Of a stretch of DNA of 64,000 nucleotides, positions 37,503 through 45,904 are shown in pieces. A program made the translations under genes and the position numbers. The stretch is taken from positions 122,120-186,119 of IMG/VR virus record IMGVR_UViG_3300029286_002355. One strand, given 5' to 3'. Numbering within the stretch: the stretch's first letter is position 1; the number at the start of each line of letters is the position of its first letter. The notes under the pieces are model-generated. The model did no database searches. It saw nothing but the letters and a program-made list of their open reading frames with translations, and had not been told where the DNA came from. The DNA comes from a virus.

Positions 37503-37827
37503 GCCTGATTACCTTAATGGTTTTTACTTCCTTTTTTTCTTTAACTTTAGGACTTTTACCAAAAACACTTAGGGCTTTTATATACATAAAATTAGGATGA
37601 TTACCGTCCCAATATTCTTTTGCGTTTTTTGTATTGCTTCGGATATAGGCTTTCCCGCCCATCTTTTTTGTATCCCCATAAGCCCAAATAACTCCAAAAT
37701 CTACATTCTTAGGAATATGTTTGTGGCAATAAACATCAATTTCATCTGAGCCTGTTTCGAAATCAACTAAATGCATATCTATTTCGGCCTTACACTTTTT
37801 ACATTTATGCATATAGATGTCGCACAT
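37495..37827 (-). CDS. Zinc-finger protein with C-terminal TIKVIR
   Basis: CKKC...YCHKH; ends KTIKVIRHE. Confidence 0.6.
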   Translation of the reverse strand: MCDIYMHKCKKCKAEIDMHLVDFETGSDEIDVYCHKHIPKNVDFGVIWAYGDTKKMGGKAYIRSNTKNAKEYWDGNHPNFMYIKALSVFGKSPKVKEKKEVKTIKVIRHE

Positions 37828-37828
37828 A

Positions 37829-38107
37829 TTATTTCCTTATTAATTTGATTGACGGATATTCTGGTATTGGATTCCTAAGGATTGACCCTAATTCCTTTAC
37901 GCCAGATTCCCAATCCATCTCCTCTTCACAATCCTTAACCGAACAACTGGCCCAAGCCTCTACTTTGGTATAAGAACTATCTTTTCCTTCTCTAATATTC
38001 TTGAAAAACTCCTGCTCATCGGAAACATTAAAGTTAACATCTACTTCGTGTCCCATAGAACAAGTTTCAAAAACAAGAATATAGTCATCTATTATTTTGG
38101 CGTACAT
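37829..38107 (-). CDS. Small protein with C-terminal PSIKLIRK
   Basis: Array member. Confidence 0.6.
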   Translation of the reverse strand: MYAKIIDDYILVFETCSMGHEVDVNFNVSDEQEFFKNIREGKDSSYTKVEAWASCSVKDCEEEMDWESGVKELGSILRNPIPEYPSIKLIRK

Positions 38108-38349
38108 ATAACCTTTATGGTGGGTAGTTTAAAATCAACTTCCCAAGGAAAAGCCCAGAAACCATTATCGCAAATCAAATAAATGTGTTCCATTAAATCA
38201 GGTCTTCCTACGTGTATGTCTTTAACGGTATAACTATCAACAGATGTCCATTTATTTTCCCCTGAACGAAAACACATCCTATCAATAACATATTCCTTAT
38301 TTTTGGCTGTATTAAATATAATTTTGTCTCCAACCCGTATTATTTGCAT
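38092..38349 (-). CDS. Small SH3/KOW-like protein with C-terminal PTIKVI
   Basis: IRVGDKI start; ends LPTIKVICTPK. Confidence 0.6.
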   Translation of the reverse strand: MQIIRVGDKIIFNTAKNKEYVIDRMCFRSGENKWTSVDSYTVKDIHVGRPDLMEHIYLICDNGFWAFPWEVDFKLPTIKVICTPK

Positions 38350-38603
38350 ATAACCTTTATGGTGGGTAGTGCTTGTTTAAACTCATAAGGATATCCCCAT
38401 GTACCATCTAAAAGAGAAAAATAAACATTTTCGACCCCACTTAATACCGAAATTTTACAACTAGAAACACTCATCCATTCATAATCAGTTTCTTTATTTT
38501 TATTAATTTGGATTGATTTAATTACTTTATTAATATGGATGGATTTAACCACACATTTTTTCCCACTACATCGAATAATCAGTTCATCTCCAACTTTTAT
38601 CAT
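38340..38603 (-). CDS. Small SH3/KOW-like protein with C-terminal PTIKVI
   Basis: MIKVGDEL; ends LPTIKVICK. Confidence 0.6.
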   Translation of the reverse strand: MIKVGDELIIRCSGKKCVVKSIHINKVIKSIQINKNKETDYEWMSVSSCKISVLSGVENVYFSLLDGTWGYPYEFKQALPTIKVICK

Positions 38604-38797
38604 CGCCGTATAACCTTTATGGGAAAAACTTCTACCAAATCCCTTAAAAGAAATGGTACATCAGAACTTCCGCAATCATAACGACAAAAAGCTATTTCCA
38701 CTTCTGGCTCTAAACTAACAAAAGACTTTACAGTTAGAAGTTTTGCATCTTTTTCTTTGCTAGTTGTACATCTAACTATTGATCCAATTTGAATCAT
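38600..38797 (-). CDS. Small SH3/KOW-like protein with C-terminal PIKVI
   Basis: MIQIGSIV; ends FPIKVIRR. Confidence 0.6.
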   Translation of the reverse strand: MIQIGSIVRCTTSKEKDAKLLTVKSFVSLEPEVEIAFCRYDCGSSDVPFLLRDLVEVFPIKVIRR

Positions 38798-38994
38798 TGT
38801 CGTATCGCTTTAATGGGAAATAAAATATCTTCGACTAAATCTCCGTAATACATTCTTATTTTCACATCAATGTGGGTTCTGTTATGACAAATTGCAATGG
38901 TTTTATCGTGATCTAAACATTCAAATATTAATGGAAAATGTTTCTTCTCCTTAATGTCCCATCTAGGAATTACTTCAGAACCTTTTTGTATCAT
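38794..38994 (-). CDS. Small SH3/KOW-like protein with C-terminal PIKAI
   Basis: MIQKGSEV; ends FPIKAIRQ. Confidence 0.6.
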   Translation of the reverse strand: MIQKGSEVIPRWDIKEKKHFPLIFECLDHDKTIAICHNRTHIDVKIRMYYGDLVEDILFPIKAIRQ

Positions 38995-39183
38995 TGCCGT
39001 ATTACCTTTATGGGAAATGGGATAACCTCTATCATGGTTTCAAAATAAACTGAATAATGTAATCCCGCCTTGTTATCAGAAACACAATAAGCATATCCCT
39101 TTTCCTAAACAATCCATTTCTTCTACAATGAAAAAATTATCTCTGCACGTTTTGAGCTTTACTATAGAACCTACCCTTATCAT
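38991..39183 (-). pseudogene. Frameshifted member of the PIKVI array
   Basis: MIRVGSIVKLK...LGK then one extra G in AAAAGGG (39097-39103); the shifted frame continues GYAYC...PFPIKVIRQ*, and both ends are coupled (TAATG, ATGA). Confidence 0.65.
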
Positions 39184-39500
39184 TACCCAATTCCGAAGTT
39201 GATCATGCTCTTAAATTGCTCTGGTTTTTCTACTCTTTCCCATTTTCCGCTTTCATCAAATTCGTCATCTTTTTGATTTCCAGATTTCCACTTGTACCAA
39301 ACCTGATCGTTCTCATGGCATAATGAATGTATCCCCTCATATAATTTCTCAATAACTATATAATTATAGAAACATTCATGCATATCACATCGGTTTTCTA
39401 GAACTGCCTTTTCCGATTTTTCAAAACTATCAAACCATCCAAAGCATCTCTTTTGGAGTGGATCGTCCGTGTTCATTGCCGTGATTGTATATATATTCAT
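39183..39500 (-). CDS. Conserved hypothetical phage protein
   Basis: RCFGWF...A...V..N..DMHE..Y.Y.VIE...EG...W.W pattern. Confidence 0.65.
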   Translation of the reverse strand: MNIYTITAMNTDDPLQKRCFGWFDSFEKSEKAVLENRCDMHECFYNYIVIEKLYEGIHSLCHENDQVWYKWKSGNQKDDEFDESGKWERVEKPEQFKSMINFGIG

Positions 39501-39644
39501 GTCTTATTATAACTAGAAAGGAAATAAAATCAAGAGAATAATGGCGAGAAAAATTACTATAGTTTTCTAATAACATATAGTAATTTGAGCAAGAATAACA
39601 CTAATCCAACAATCAATATTATTCGCACCATAATATTAGTAATA

Positions 39645-40078
39645 CTATTGCACTTGCCCAAACCACCAATTGTTCGTACTAGCACCAACTGTAGTAGAAG
39701 CATTACCCGATAAATAATATACCTCGTAGAAATCATTCGTGCTGGTATTAACAGTTTCAAGATAATTCCATGTAACAGTAAATGGGAAATCTCCATTATT
39801 AGGTCTGTACGAATAAACTGTGGTGTAATTTGTTCCGTTCTTGTACAAATACAGAGCGTGTACCGTATTGGCCTGCACCGTATCTACTCGTATGCCACCC
39901 ATAAATTCAATAACCTTACCTGTAGTTCTTGGATACCATCTTGAGTTAGTAGCAGTATAAGTACTACCACCAGAAGCTGCCAATACTACATTAGTAAGAT
40001 TAAATTTAGCCGTGCCAGTTGTTAATGCATAATTTGCCTGTAGACCCGCTTTGAACCGAATAGGAGTACCAATAGTAG
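39645..40078 (-). pseudogene. Orphan 3' fragment of a beta-rich tail-fibre/C1q-like gene abutting the IS right end
   Basis: Frame is open from the IS junction (TIGTPIRFKAGLQANYALTTGTAKFNLTNVV...NNWWFGQVQ*); Thr/Asn/Gly-rich; no RBS/ATG and no 5' half beyond the left end. Confidence 0.6.
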
Positions 40079-40090
40079 GTGAATGCTCCC

Positions 40091-41320
40091 CTAGCCTAAA
40101 GGCGTAGGGGCTTCTATAGGAATATCTCTATCCCTAAGAGAATCCATTCCGATTCTCAAAATATTCTTACTAGCATTGAAATCTCTATCCATAATCAATC
40201 CACACCAACTACATTCGTGGATTCTATCAGATAGTTCCTTACTAGTTAATTTACCACAACTTGAACACATCTTAGTAGTATTCTTTGGATTTACGAACAC
40301 AATCTTAGTACCAGCATCTTCCGCTTTGTACTCTAATTGTTGAACGAATTGATTCCAAGCAACGTCCTGTATACTTTTATGTGTTCTTGTTGCCTTTATT
40401 TCTTTACCGTTTACTGAAATTGTTTCCTGTTCTTGCATCTTCTTGATATTTAACTTTTCTAAGCAAATAATACCATATTGACTGACTAGCTTTTTTGATA
40501 ATTTATGAGTGAAATCTGCTCGTTGATTTTGTATTTTTTCATGGATTTTACCAACAATCATTCTCTGTTTATTTCGTTCTGGAGTTTTCTTTTCTAATTT
40601 GGAAAATTTTCTTTGTGCTTTCGCTAATTTCTTTTCGCCATCTTTAAAGAATCGTTCTCTTTTTACTTTTTCACCATTAGAAAGAACTGCAAACTCCTTT
40701 AGTCCTAAATCAATGCCAACAGCGGGATTGGCATTGATTCTTTTTACATCTGCCAAAACGCAAGAAAATATTGCAAACCATTTACCACTTTTTGTTCTTT
40801 GTATTGTTAATCTCTTTACCTGTTCTGGAAGCGTTCTATGTGATTTTATTTTAACACAACCTATTTTTGACAATTTCAATCTTGTTTCATTTTGGGTTAT
40901 TGAAAATCCTGACTGTGGAAATGTGAACGAATCATATCTTCCATATTGTTTAAAACGTGGAAATCCTGCTTTCTCGCCTTTCTCCTTACATCTACGGAAA
41001 AACGATTTAAAAGCTAAATCAACTCTTTCAGAAACGTTTTGGATTACCTGAGAATGGATATTGTTTAATGATTCTCGTTCAAGCTTCCAATCTTTAATTA
41101 AATTATTGGTAGCATATTTATTAAGTGTTTTCTGTTCAGATTCATAAGTTTTAATTCTGGTGTCAAGAATCTTATTGTATACAAAACGACATTCCTCAAG
41201 TGTTGCAAGTAGTTCTCGCTCTTGCTTTTTCGTAGGATATAATCTGAATTTGTAGTTCTTTTTCATATAGTTTTTGTATAATATATTTATGCTAACTCTT
41301 ATATTATACAACAAAAGCAT
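40091..41320 (-). CDS. tnpB: TnpB RNA-guided endonuclease (start probably MKKNYKF at 41266)
   Basis: YKFRLYPT, GIDLG, CLEKL, TTKMCSSCG, ECSWCG..MDRDFNASKNI; RuvC triad intact. Confidence 0.93.
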   Translation of the reverse strand: MLLLYNIRVSINILYKNYMKKNYKFRLYPTKKQERELLATLEECRFVYNKILDTRIKTYESEQKTLNKYATNNLIKDWKLERESLNNIHSQVIQNVSERVDLAFKSFFRRCKEKGEKAGFPRFKQYGRYDSFTFPQSGFSITQNETRLKLSKIGCVKIKSHRTLPEQVKRLTIQRTKSGKWFAIFSCVLADVKRINANPAVGIDLGLKEFAVLSNGEKVKRERFFKDGEKKLAKAQRKFSKLEKKTPERNKQRMIVGKIHEKIQNQRADFTHKLSKKLVSQYGIICLEKLNIKKMQEQETISVNGKEIKATRTHKSIQDVAWNQFVQQLEYKAEDAGTKIVFVNPKNTTKMCSSCGKLTSKELSDRIHECSWCGLIMDRDFNASKNILRIGMDSLRDRDIPIEAPTPLG

Positions 41321-41339
41321 AAAATAATCCTTTAAAATA

Positions 41340-41747
41340 ATGAAAAAAGTTTCTTATAACAAAAATAGTCATAGCAAATACTTATTGAGGTATCATTTTG
41401 TCATGTGTACAAAGTATCGTCACAAGATACTTGTTGAGCAAATTTCTAAAGATATCAAGCAAATCATAGAAGATATTTCCAAAAAAGAAAAGTATGATAT
41501 AGAAATAATGGAGACTGACGTTAACCATATTCACTTGTTGGTGTCAGCTAAACCTAACATTTCGCCATTTCAGATAGTTCACAAAATCAAAACAATTACA
41601 ACAAATAGAATATGGAAGAAACACGAACAATTGTTAATTAAGTATTATTGGAAAGAAAGAACCTTTTGGAGTGATGGATATTTTGTTTGTAGTATTGGAG
41701 AAGCGAATGCAGAAACTATTAGAAAATATATTGAAGAGCAGGGTTAA
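41340..41747 (+). CDS. tnpA: IS200-family Y1 (HUH) transposase
   Basis: YHFVMCTKYR, HIHLL (HUH), FWSDGYF, IRKYIEEQG. Confidence 0.93.
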   Translation: MKKVSYNKNSHSKYLLRYHFVMCTKYRHKILVEQISKDIKQIIEDISKKEKYDIEIMETDVNHIHLLVSAKPNISPFQIVHKIKTITTNRIWKKHEQLLIKYYWKERTFWSDGYFVCSIGEANAETIRKYIEEQG

Positions 41748-41872
41748 GTCGTTCGCTTACATCCCCGAACCTGAAGGTCAAGCAAAACGCAGCTAACGCT
41801 GGTTTTGTCGGGGTTTTACGCTCACTTTATAAAAGTTTTGGGGCGAAATAAAGCCTGAGCGGGGCTTCTTAT

Positions 41873-42379
41873 TTATTTAACTTCTATTTTCTTTACTTCT
41901 TTTTGTGGGAAGAGCGGAACCTTGACTTTAAGCATTCCGTTTTCGTAGGAAGAAGTAATGTTCTCACGATCCACTCTACCATTCAATACGTAAGACCATT
42001 CCATTCTTCTTTTTGCCAGACCACGATGAAGATACTCTTTCTTGGCATCCTCTTCCTTGGTCTCTTCTGATCTTTCCACTTTGATACTGAGTTCGTTGTC
42101 ATCAACTTCAATCGTAATATCGTCCTTGTCAAAACCAGCAAGGGCATATTGAATTTCAGTTGCAACAATATCCCCCTTTTCATCTTTGTGTTGGATTACG
42201 TCATGGGGAACAGTACTAGATTGCCATGTACTAGACTGCCATATCTTATCTACATCTCCCATAGTGCTTTCGAAGTCGCTCCAAAATCCATCCCATATAG
42301 CAGAACTGAATAGGGATGGGAAACGGGGAAAACTAGGGAAATTATTACCTTTAACTACTGCACTTGTCTTTTTAAACAT
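41873..42379 (-). CDS. Small heat-shock protein (Hsp20/alpha-crystallin)
   Basis: PHDVI, ALAGF.KDDI.IEV, YLHRGL..R, A/SSYENGMLKV..P. Confidence 0.9.
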   Translation of the reverse strand: MFKKTSAVVKGNNFPSFPRFPSLFSSAIWDGFWSDFESTMGDVDKIWQSSTWQSSTVPHDVIQHKDEKGDIVATEIQYALAGFDKDDITIEVDDNELSIKVERSEETKEEDAKKEYLHRGLAKRRMEWSYVLNGRVDRENITSSYENGMLKVKVPLFPQKEVKKIEVK

Positions 42380-42382
42380 ATG

Positions 42383-42404
42383 AACCTCCTTATTAAGCTA
42401 GGTT
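42383..42404 (-). promoter_or_regulatory. ROSE-like RNA thermometer hairpin sequestering the hsp20 RBS
   Basis: AACCU-AG-CUU-AAU-AAG-G-AGGUU pairs across AAGGAGGU; extended -10 TGTTATAAT at 42450-42458. Confidence 0.6.
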
Positions 42405-42473
42405 TACTTTATTTGTTACGCCCTGCTCAGGCTCGTTCCAAACATTATCATTATAACAGAAATCCTGAAAATT

Positions 42474-42833
42474 TCAAGAAGTTTTTTCTTTTGCTGCCTT
42501 AATCTTAGCTTTAAAATCGTCCTTGGCTTTTTGACAATTCCCGCATCCCTTTTCCTCAATGAGTTTAACCACTTTGTCAAATAAATCAAAATAGGGTATT
42601 TCAACCGTTTTGCCTTCTTTCATAATGGGGATCAGATTTTCCAATAAAAGCAGTCTATATTGCCTTATTTCATCCGATAGCTCTTTAGAAGCCCCTAGAC
42701 ACTCCTCAGACGCCTCCGCAAGATGCCCCAGAACGCCTAGGAGATGCTTAGAATAGCCTGTTTCTACCTCTCCCTGTAGAACATAGGCTTGTCCCAAGTG
42801 TTTAATTGTACAATCTAAACAATATTCTCTCAT
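42474..42833 (-). CDS. Hypothetical protein
   Basis: CLDC..KHLGQA...GHL.EA.EE; coupled ORF. Confidence 0.6.
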   Translation of the reverse strand: MREYCLDCTIKHLGQAYVLQGEVETGYSKHLLGVLGHLAEASEECLGASKELSDEIRQYRLLLLENLIPIMKEGKTVEIPYFDLFDKVVKLIEEKGCGNCQKAKDDFKAKIKAAKEKTS

Positions 42834-43099
42834 ATTTCCGAATTTAATGTTATATCTGTAGTTTCTTCACATTTTTGAATTTTCTTTTGAATAGACATGA
42901 TCACTTTTTTCTCAGTTACTTCGATAACCTTAATAATAGGTGAACATTCATAATAACTATTGGCAATACGCATGGCTATAGCTACCGCATTAAAATCATC
43001 TTTACAACGGGAAATAATAATATCATGATTATCCGTGCTTTTATCGTTCATGGTAATGATATAGTTTAAATCAACATCTTCTACTTTTGTTATACCCAT
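42830..43099 (-). CDS. Hypothetical protein
   Basis: Operon-oriented ORF. Confidence 0.5.
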   Translation of the reverse strand: MGITKVEDVDLNYIITMNDKSTDNHDIIISRCKDDFNAVAIAMRIANSYYECSPIIKVIEVTEKKVIMSIQKKIQKCEETTDITLNSEI

Positions 43100-43100
43100 A

Positions 43101-43583
43101 TTAATCTCCTTTTATTACTTTTGTTGAAAATCCACGAAATAGTTTGTTTGGGAGCACTCTGAATTTAGCCCAATTATCATCTTCTTGAACACTGACAAGC
43201 TCTATCCATGGGCAATCCAGCATTCTTAGATTGTTGTCTGTCGTTGCATATTGTTTGTTGGAATAACTGGCTGGATGAGAACTCCATTTAACTATTACCA
43301 TATCCCTTCCCCATTGCAAACCGCTATCTTCTAAAAATTTGATTTCTTCTCGCCACTTGCTACTAGAAGGACTATTTACCCAAATTACATAGCCATTAGA
43401 AAGATAAAAAGTTTTCCCATTAGCCTGTTTAATTCTTGGAGACGCCAATCGTTCCCATTCCCAATAGCTTATGGACTCAGCAAATTCAGGTAAACTAATA
43501 TTTACTATCTCCCTGTCAATTCCAAGATATTTTAAGGAGTAGCTATTAACAAACATCGTATTCCAAAATGCATAGATATACAT
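43101..43583 (-). CDS. Hypothetical protein
   Basis: GGAG RBS. Confidence 0.55.
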   Translation of the reverse strand: MYIYAFWNTMFVNSYSLKYLGIDREIVNISLPEFAESISYWEWERLASPRIKQANGKTFYLSNGYVIWVNSPSSSKWREEIKFLEDSGLQWGRDMVIVKWSSHPASYSNKQYATTDNNLRMLDCPWIELVSVQEDDNWAKFRVLPNKLFRGFSTKVIKGD

Positions 43584-43592
43584 GATACTCCA

Positions 43593-44519
43593 TTAGTCCC
43601 TATTGATGATATGATTCCAAAAACTTTCCCTATCAATATCGGCAATGGTCTCGCTATTACTTTCAGGATCAGGCAAAGTTCCCCAACCACCCTTCTCGTA
43701 ATACATTTTTCCTTTTACCCATTTGCCTATTTCGGGATGAACCATGCAAACTGCCGCACAAGGATCATGAAATTTTTTCTCCTTATGTTTTTGCAAGTAA
43801 AGATCCATTCCTTTTATAAAAAGAACATCGGCTTGGTTTTTAGGCGGGACACTTCTTACCTTACTATGAATTTCCCTATTATAAACAATCGTATGACAAA
43901 CATTCTTGGAAACAAAACGGAGATTTTTAATTCCTTTGAAATCTATAATACGCTGAGTATCTTCTTTGGCACCATTAGGATTGTAAGAAGGATACGTTGT
44001 TTTACCAACAAAATGAGGAAGTTTTTCGCAGGGATAATCATGAAACTGATATCCCATAAATCCACCTTGGAATGTAACCTGACCTATTTCCGCCGATGGA
44101 TATTCTTTAACAAATTTACCCACATTTTTAGGAGCCCCAATAATAAATAATTCGCTATCTGGATATTTGAAAAAGGTATCAGCTATTACTTTGACTCCTA
44201 AATCATCTGCTTTCGCCTCATAAGGATAACCAAAAGCTTTCAGAAGATTGTAATGAAAGCCAACATACTCTTTAACTTCTGCTCCTTCAAAACTTCCCTT
44301 ATAACTTTTAAGATCGGGGGATTTTCTATGAAGATCAGATACACCAACAGGAATATCCAAGCCAACCTCTTTGCAGAAAAATCGGACTAAAGCTATTTGG
44401 TGGGGGTCGCCTGCCGTGATAGTAATAGCACGAATATTGACTCCTGCCGAATGAAGGTAACAGAGGGAAAACCAGTCGTCCGGATCATGGCCGGCATCCG
44501 TTTCAATAATTACGTTCAT
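43593..44519 (-). CDS. Inosine/uridine-preferring nucleoside hydrolase family protein
   Basis: IIETDAGHDPDD (Asp-rich Ca-binding loop), IGAPKN, YNPN, FHDP. Confidence 0.75.
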   Translation of the reverse strand: MNVIIETDAGHDPDDWFSLCYLHSAGVNIRAITITAGDPHQIALVRFFCKEVGLDIPVGVSDLHRKSPDLKSYKGSFEGAEVKEYVGFHYNLLKAFGYPYEAKADDLGVKVIADTFFKYPDSELFIIGAPKNVGKFVKEYPSAEIGQVTFQGGFMGYQFHDYPCEKLPHFVGKTTYPSYNPNGAKEDTQRIIDFKGIKNLRFVSKNVCHTIVYNREIHSKVRSVPPKNQADVLFIKGMDLYLQKHKEKKFHDPCAAVCMVHPEIGKWVKGKMYYEKGGWGTLPDPESNSETIADIDRESFWNHIINRD

Positions 44520-44528
44520 TATTTTCCT

Positions 44529-44774
44529 TTAGTGATAAACAACATCTAAAACAGGTTTATGTTCGGTTATATCAATTATGTCGAAAAACTTGAGTTTGTT
44601 TTTTCTAAACACTCCTGAACCACAATCCTCTTCAATTTGTTTTTTTGCTAATTGCTTGGCAGATTTCTTTGTTAGATTTTCTCCCTGAACCAAAACGCTA
44701 GCAACATTAATGTCTTTGGAGGTTAACTTTTTATTAGCCCATTTTACCGCATATATTATATTCATATTTCCCAT
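44529..44774 (-). CDS. Hypothetical protein
   Basis: Operon-oriented ORF. Confidence 0.5.
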   Translation of the reverse strand: MGNMNIIYAVKWANKKLTSKDINVASVLVQGENLTKKSAKQLAKKQIEEDCGSGVFRKNKLKFFDIIDITEHKPVLDVVYH

Positions 44775-44777
44775 TTA

Positions 44778-45002
44778 TTAACTTTTTACAAAATCAGGTG
44801 GTTTAATTAAATGATATTGGGTTATTGGTAAAAGTTCTCGGAGTCTACGTTTTGCATTTTCAATATCGGGGATATCTTTATTTAGAGACAAAAAGGCATC
44901 AAAGATAAGACTTCTTTCACAATAATAATTGGTATCTTCCGACTCATTAATCCAATCCATAACTTCTTTTCTTTCACTTTCTGTTATCATTATTCTCCGC
45001 AT
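44778..45002 (-). CDS. Hypothetical protein
   Basis: GGAG RBS. Confidence 0.45.
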   Translation of the reverse strand: MRRIMITESERKEVMDWINESEDTNYYCERSLIFDAFLSLNKDIPDIENAKRRLRELLPITQYHLIKPPDFVKS

Positions 45003-45318
45003 TCTTAGATAAACTGATAACTTCTTTTACCATATCAGTATCTTTAGATTCTCCCATAACATAATCAATAATATCTTTCCCACCAGTTTCTTTTTCTACC
45101 ATAGCTCTTATTTCAACAACAATATCTTTCATTGCTTGTTCTGCATCTTGAGGAGTATCATAAATAGGCGTAGTATTCAAAAGGGGGCGAAAACGGTCTT
45201 CTTCTCCCAAAGTGATCCAACCCACGTATTTACCATTATCTTTTGCGGGGCCACCATAAGTTATTACAATATCTTCTCTACTGGCGATGATATATGCTGT
45301 CAATTTAGTTATTCCCAT
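44974..45318 (-). CDS. Hypothetical protein
   Basis: AAGGAG RBS directly after tRNA-Gly. Confidence 0.55.
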   Translation of the reverse strand: MGITKLTAYIIASREDIVITYGGPAKDNGKYVGWITLGEEDRFRPLLNTTPIYDTPQDAEQAMKDIVVEIRAMVEKETGGKDIIDYVMGESKDTDMVKEVISLSKNAENNDNRK

Positions 45319-45335
45319 TGTATTCTCCTTAGCTT

Positions 45336-45409
45336 TGGAGCACGTGGGGAGAATTGAACTCCCGTCTTAAGATTGGAAATCTTAGGTAATGCCGTTATAC
45401 GACACGTGC
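45336..45409 (-). tRNA. tRNA-Gly(UCC)
   Basis: GCACGUG/CACGUGC-UCCA, anticodon loop UU-UCC-AA, T-loop UUCAAUU. Confidence 0.92.
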
Positions 45410-45457
45410 AAAATTATTTCGGAACCATAATCTATTGTAGGTTAATTTGTTTTCTTT

Positions 45458-45904
45458 TCAAGTCTTAATTATCTTACCAACGCATAAATTACATGAATCG
45501 TGCATCATTTCAAATAAAAGAGATCTATATTCTTTTATTAACCTGTTTAAATTTTGATGTAATCCTATCATGGCTAAATTATCGCCATAAAGCACGGAAC
45601 TTCTTGAATTACCTGACCTTATATCTTTGGCGACAATGCTCAATAAGCTAGAAGTAACAAAAAAGTAAATAGCTGGTTCCGTATAATTACGTTTCATTGC
45701 CTCGTCTATCATTACCTTTATTTCATCAAAAGAAAAATAGCTAATTTCTTTTTCTCCGCTCTTAGAGAGACCCGGTGGTATTTCGATGTTTTTGTGGTAA
45801 ACAGGTATATGGCATAACTCATAAATAAAGTTTTTCTCTAGCCCCTCAATAATACTTGCATAAGTCATTATTATCCTGTTATACCCACGGAATTGAACCC
45901 CCAC
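45458..45904 (-). CDS. Hypothetical protein (start probably MTYASI)
   Basis: Operon-oriented ORF. Confidence 0.5.
   Translation of the reverse strand: MGVQFRGYNRIIMTYASIIEGLEKNFIYELCHIPVYHKNIEIPPGLSKSGEKEISYFSFDEIKVMIDEAMKRNYTEPAIYFFVTSSLLSIVAKDIRSGNSRSSVLYGDNLAMIGLHQNLNRLIKEYRSLLFEMMHDSCNLCVGKIIKT

Larger units (their letters stand above)
40079..41828 (-). mobile_element. IS200/IS605-family element with divergent tnpA and tnpB
   Basis: Left end after TTAT target (guide AAAA predicts TTxT); right end GAAG-CCCCTACGCCTTTAGGCTAGGGG-AGCATTCAC (guide GAAG predicts TCxC). Confidence 0.88.

Noticed and set aside
38100-39020. Recurrent ataacctttatgg.. sequence at 200-400 bp spacing as a CRISPR or attC array
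   Set aside because: Copies are degenerate, fall within coding 3' ends and are explained by the shared PIKVI peptide; spacing is far too long for spacers.
39557-39796. 79-aa ORF and its 24-aa hydrophobic tail (MVRIILIV...)
   Set aside because: Mostly an alternative frame of the tail-fibre-like fragment; no RBS.
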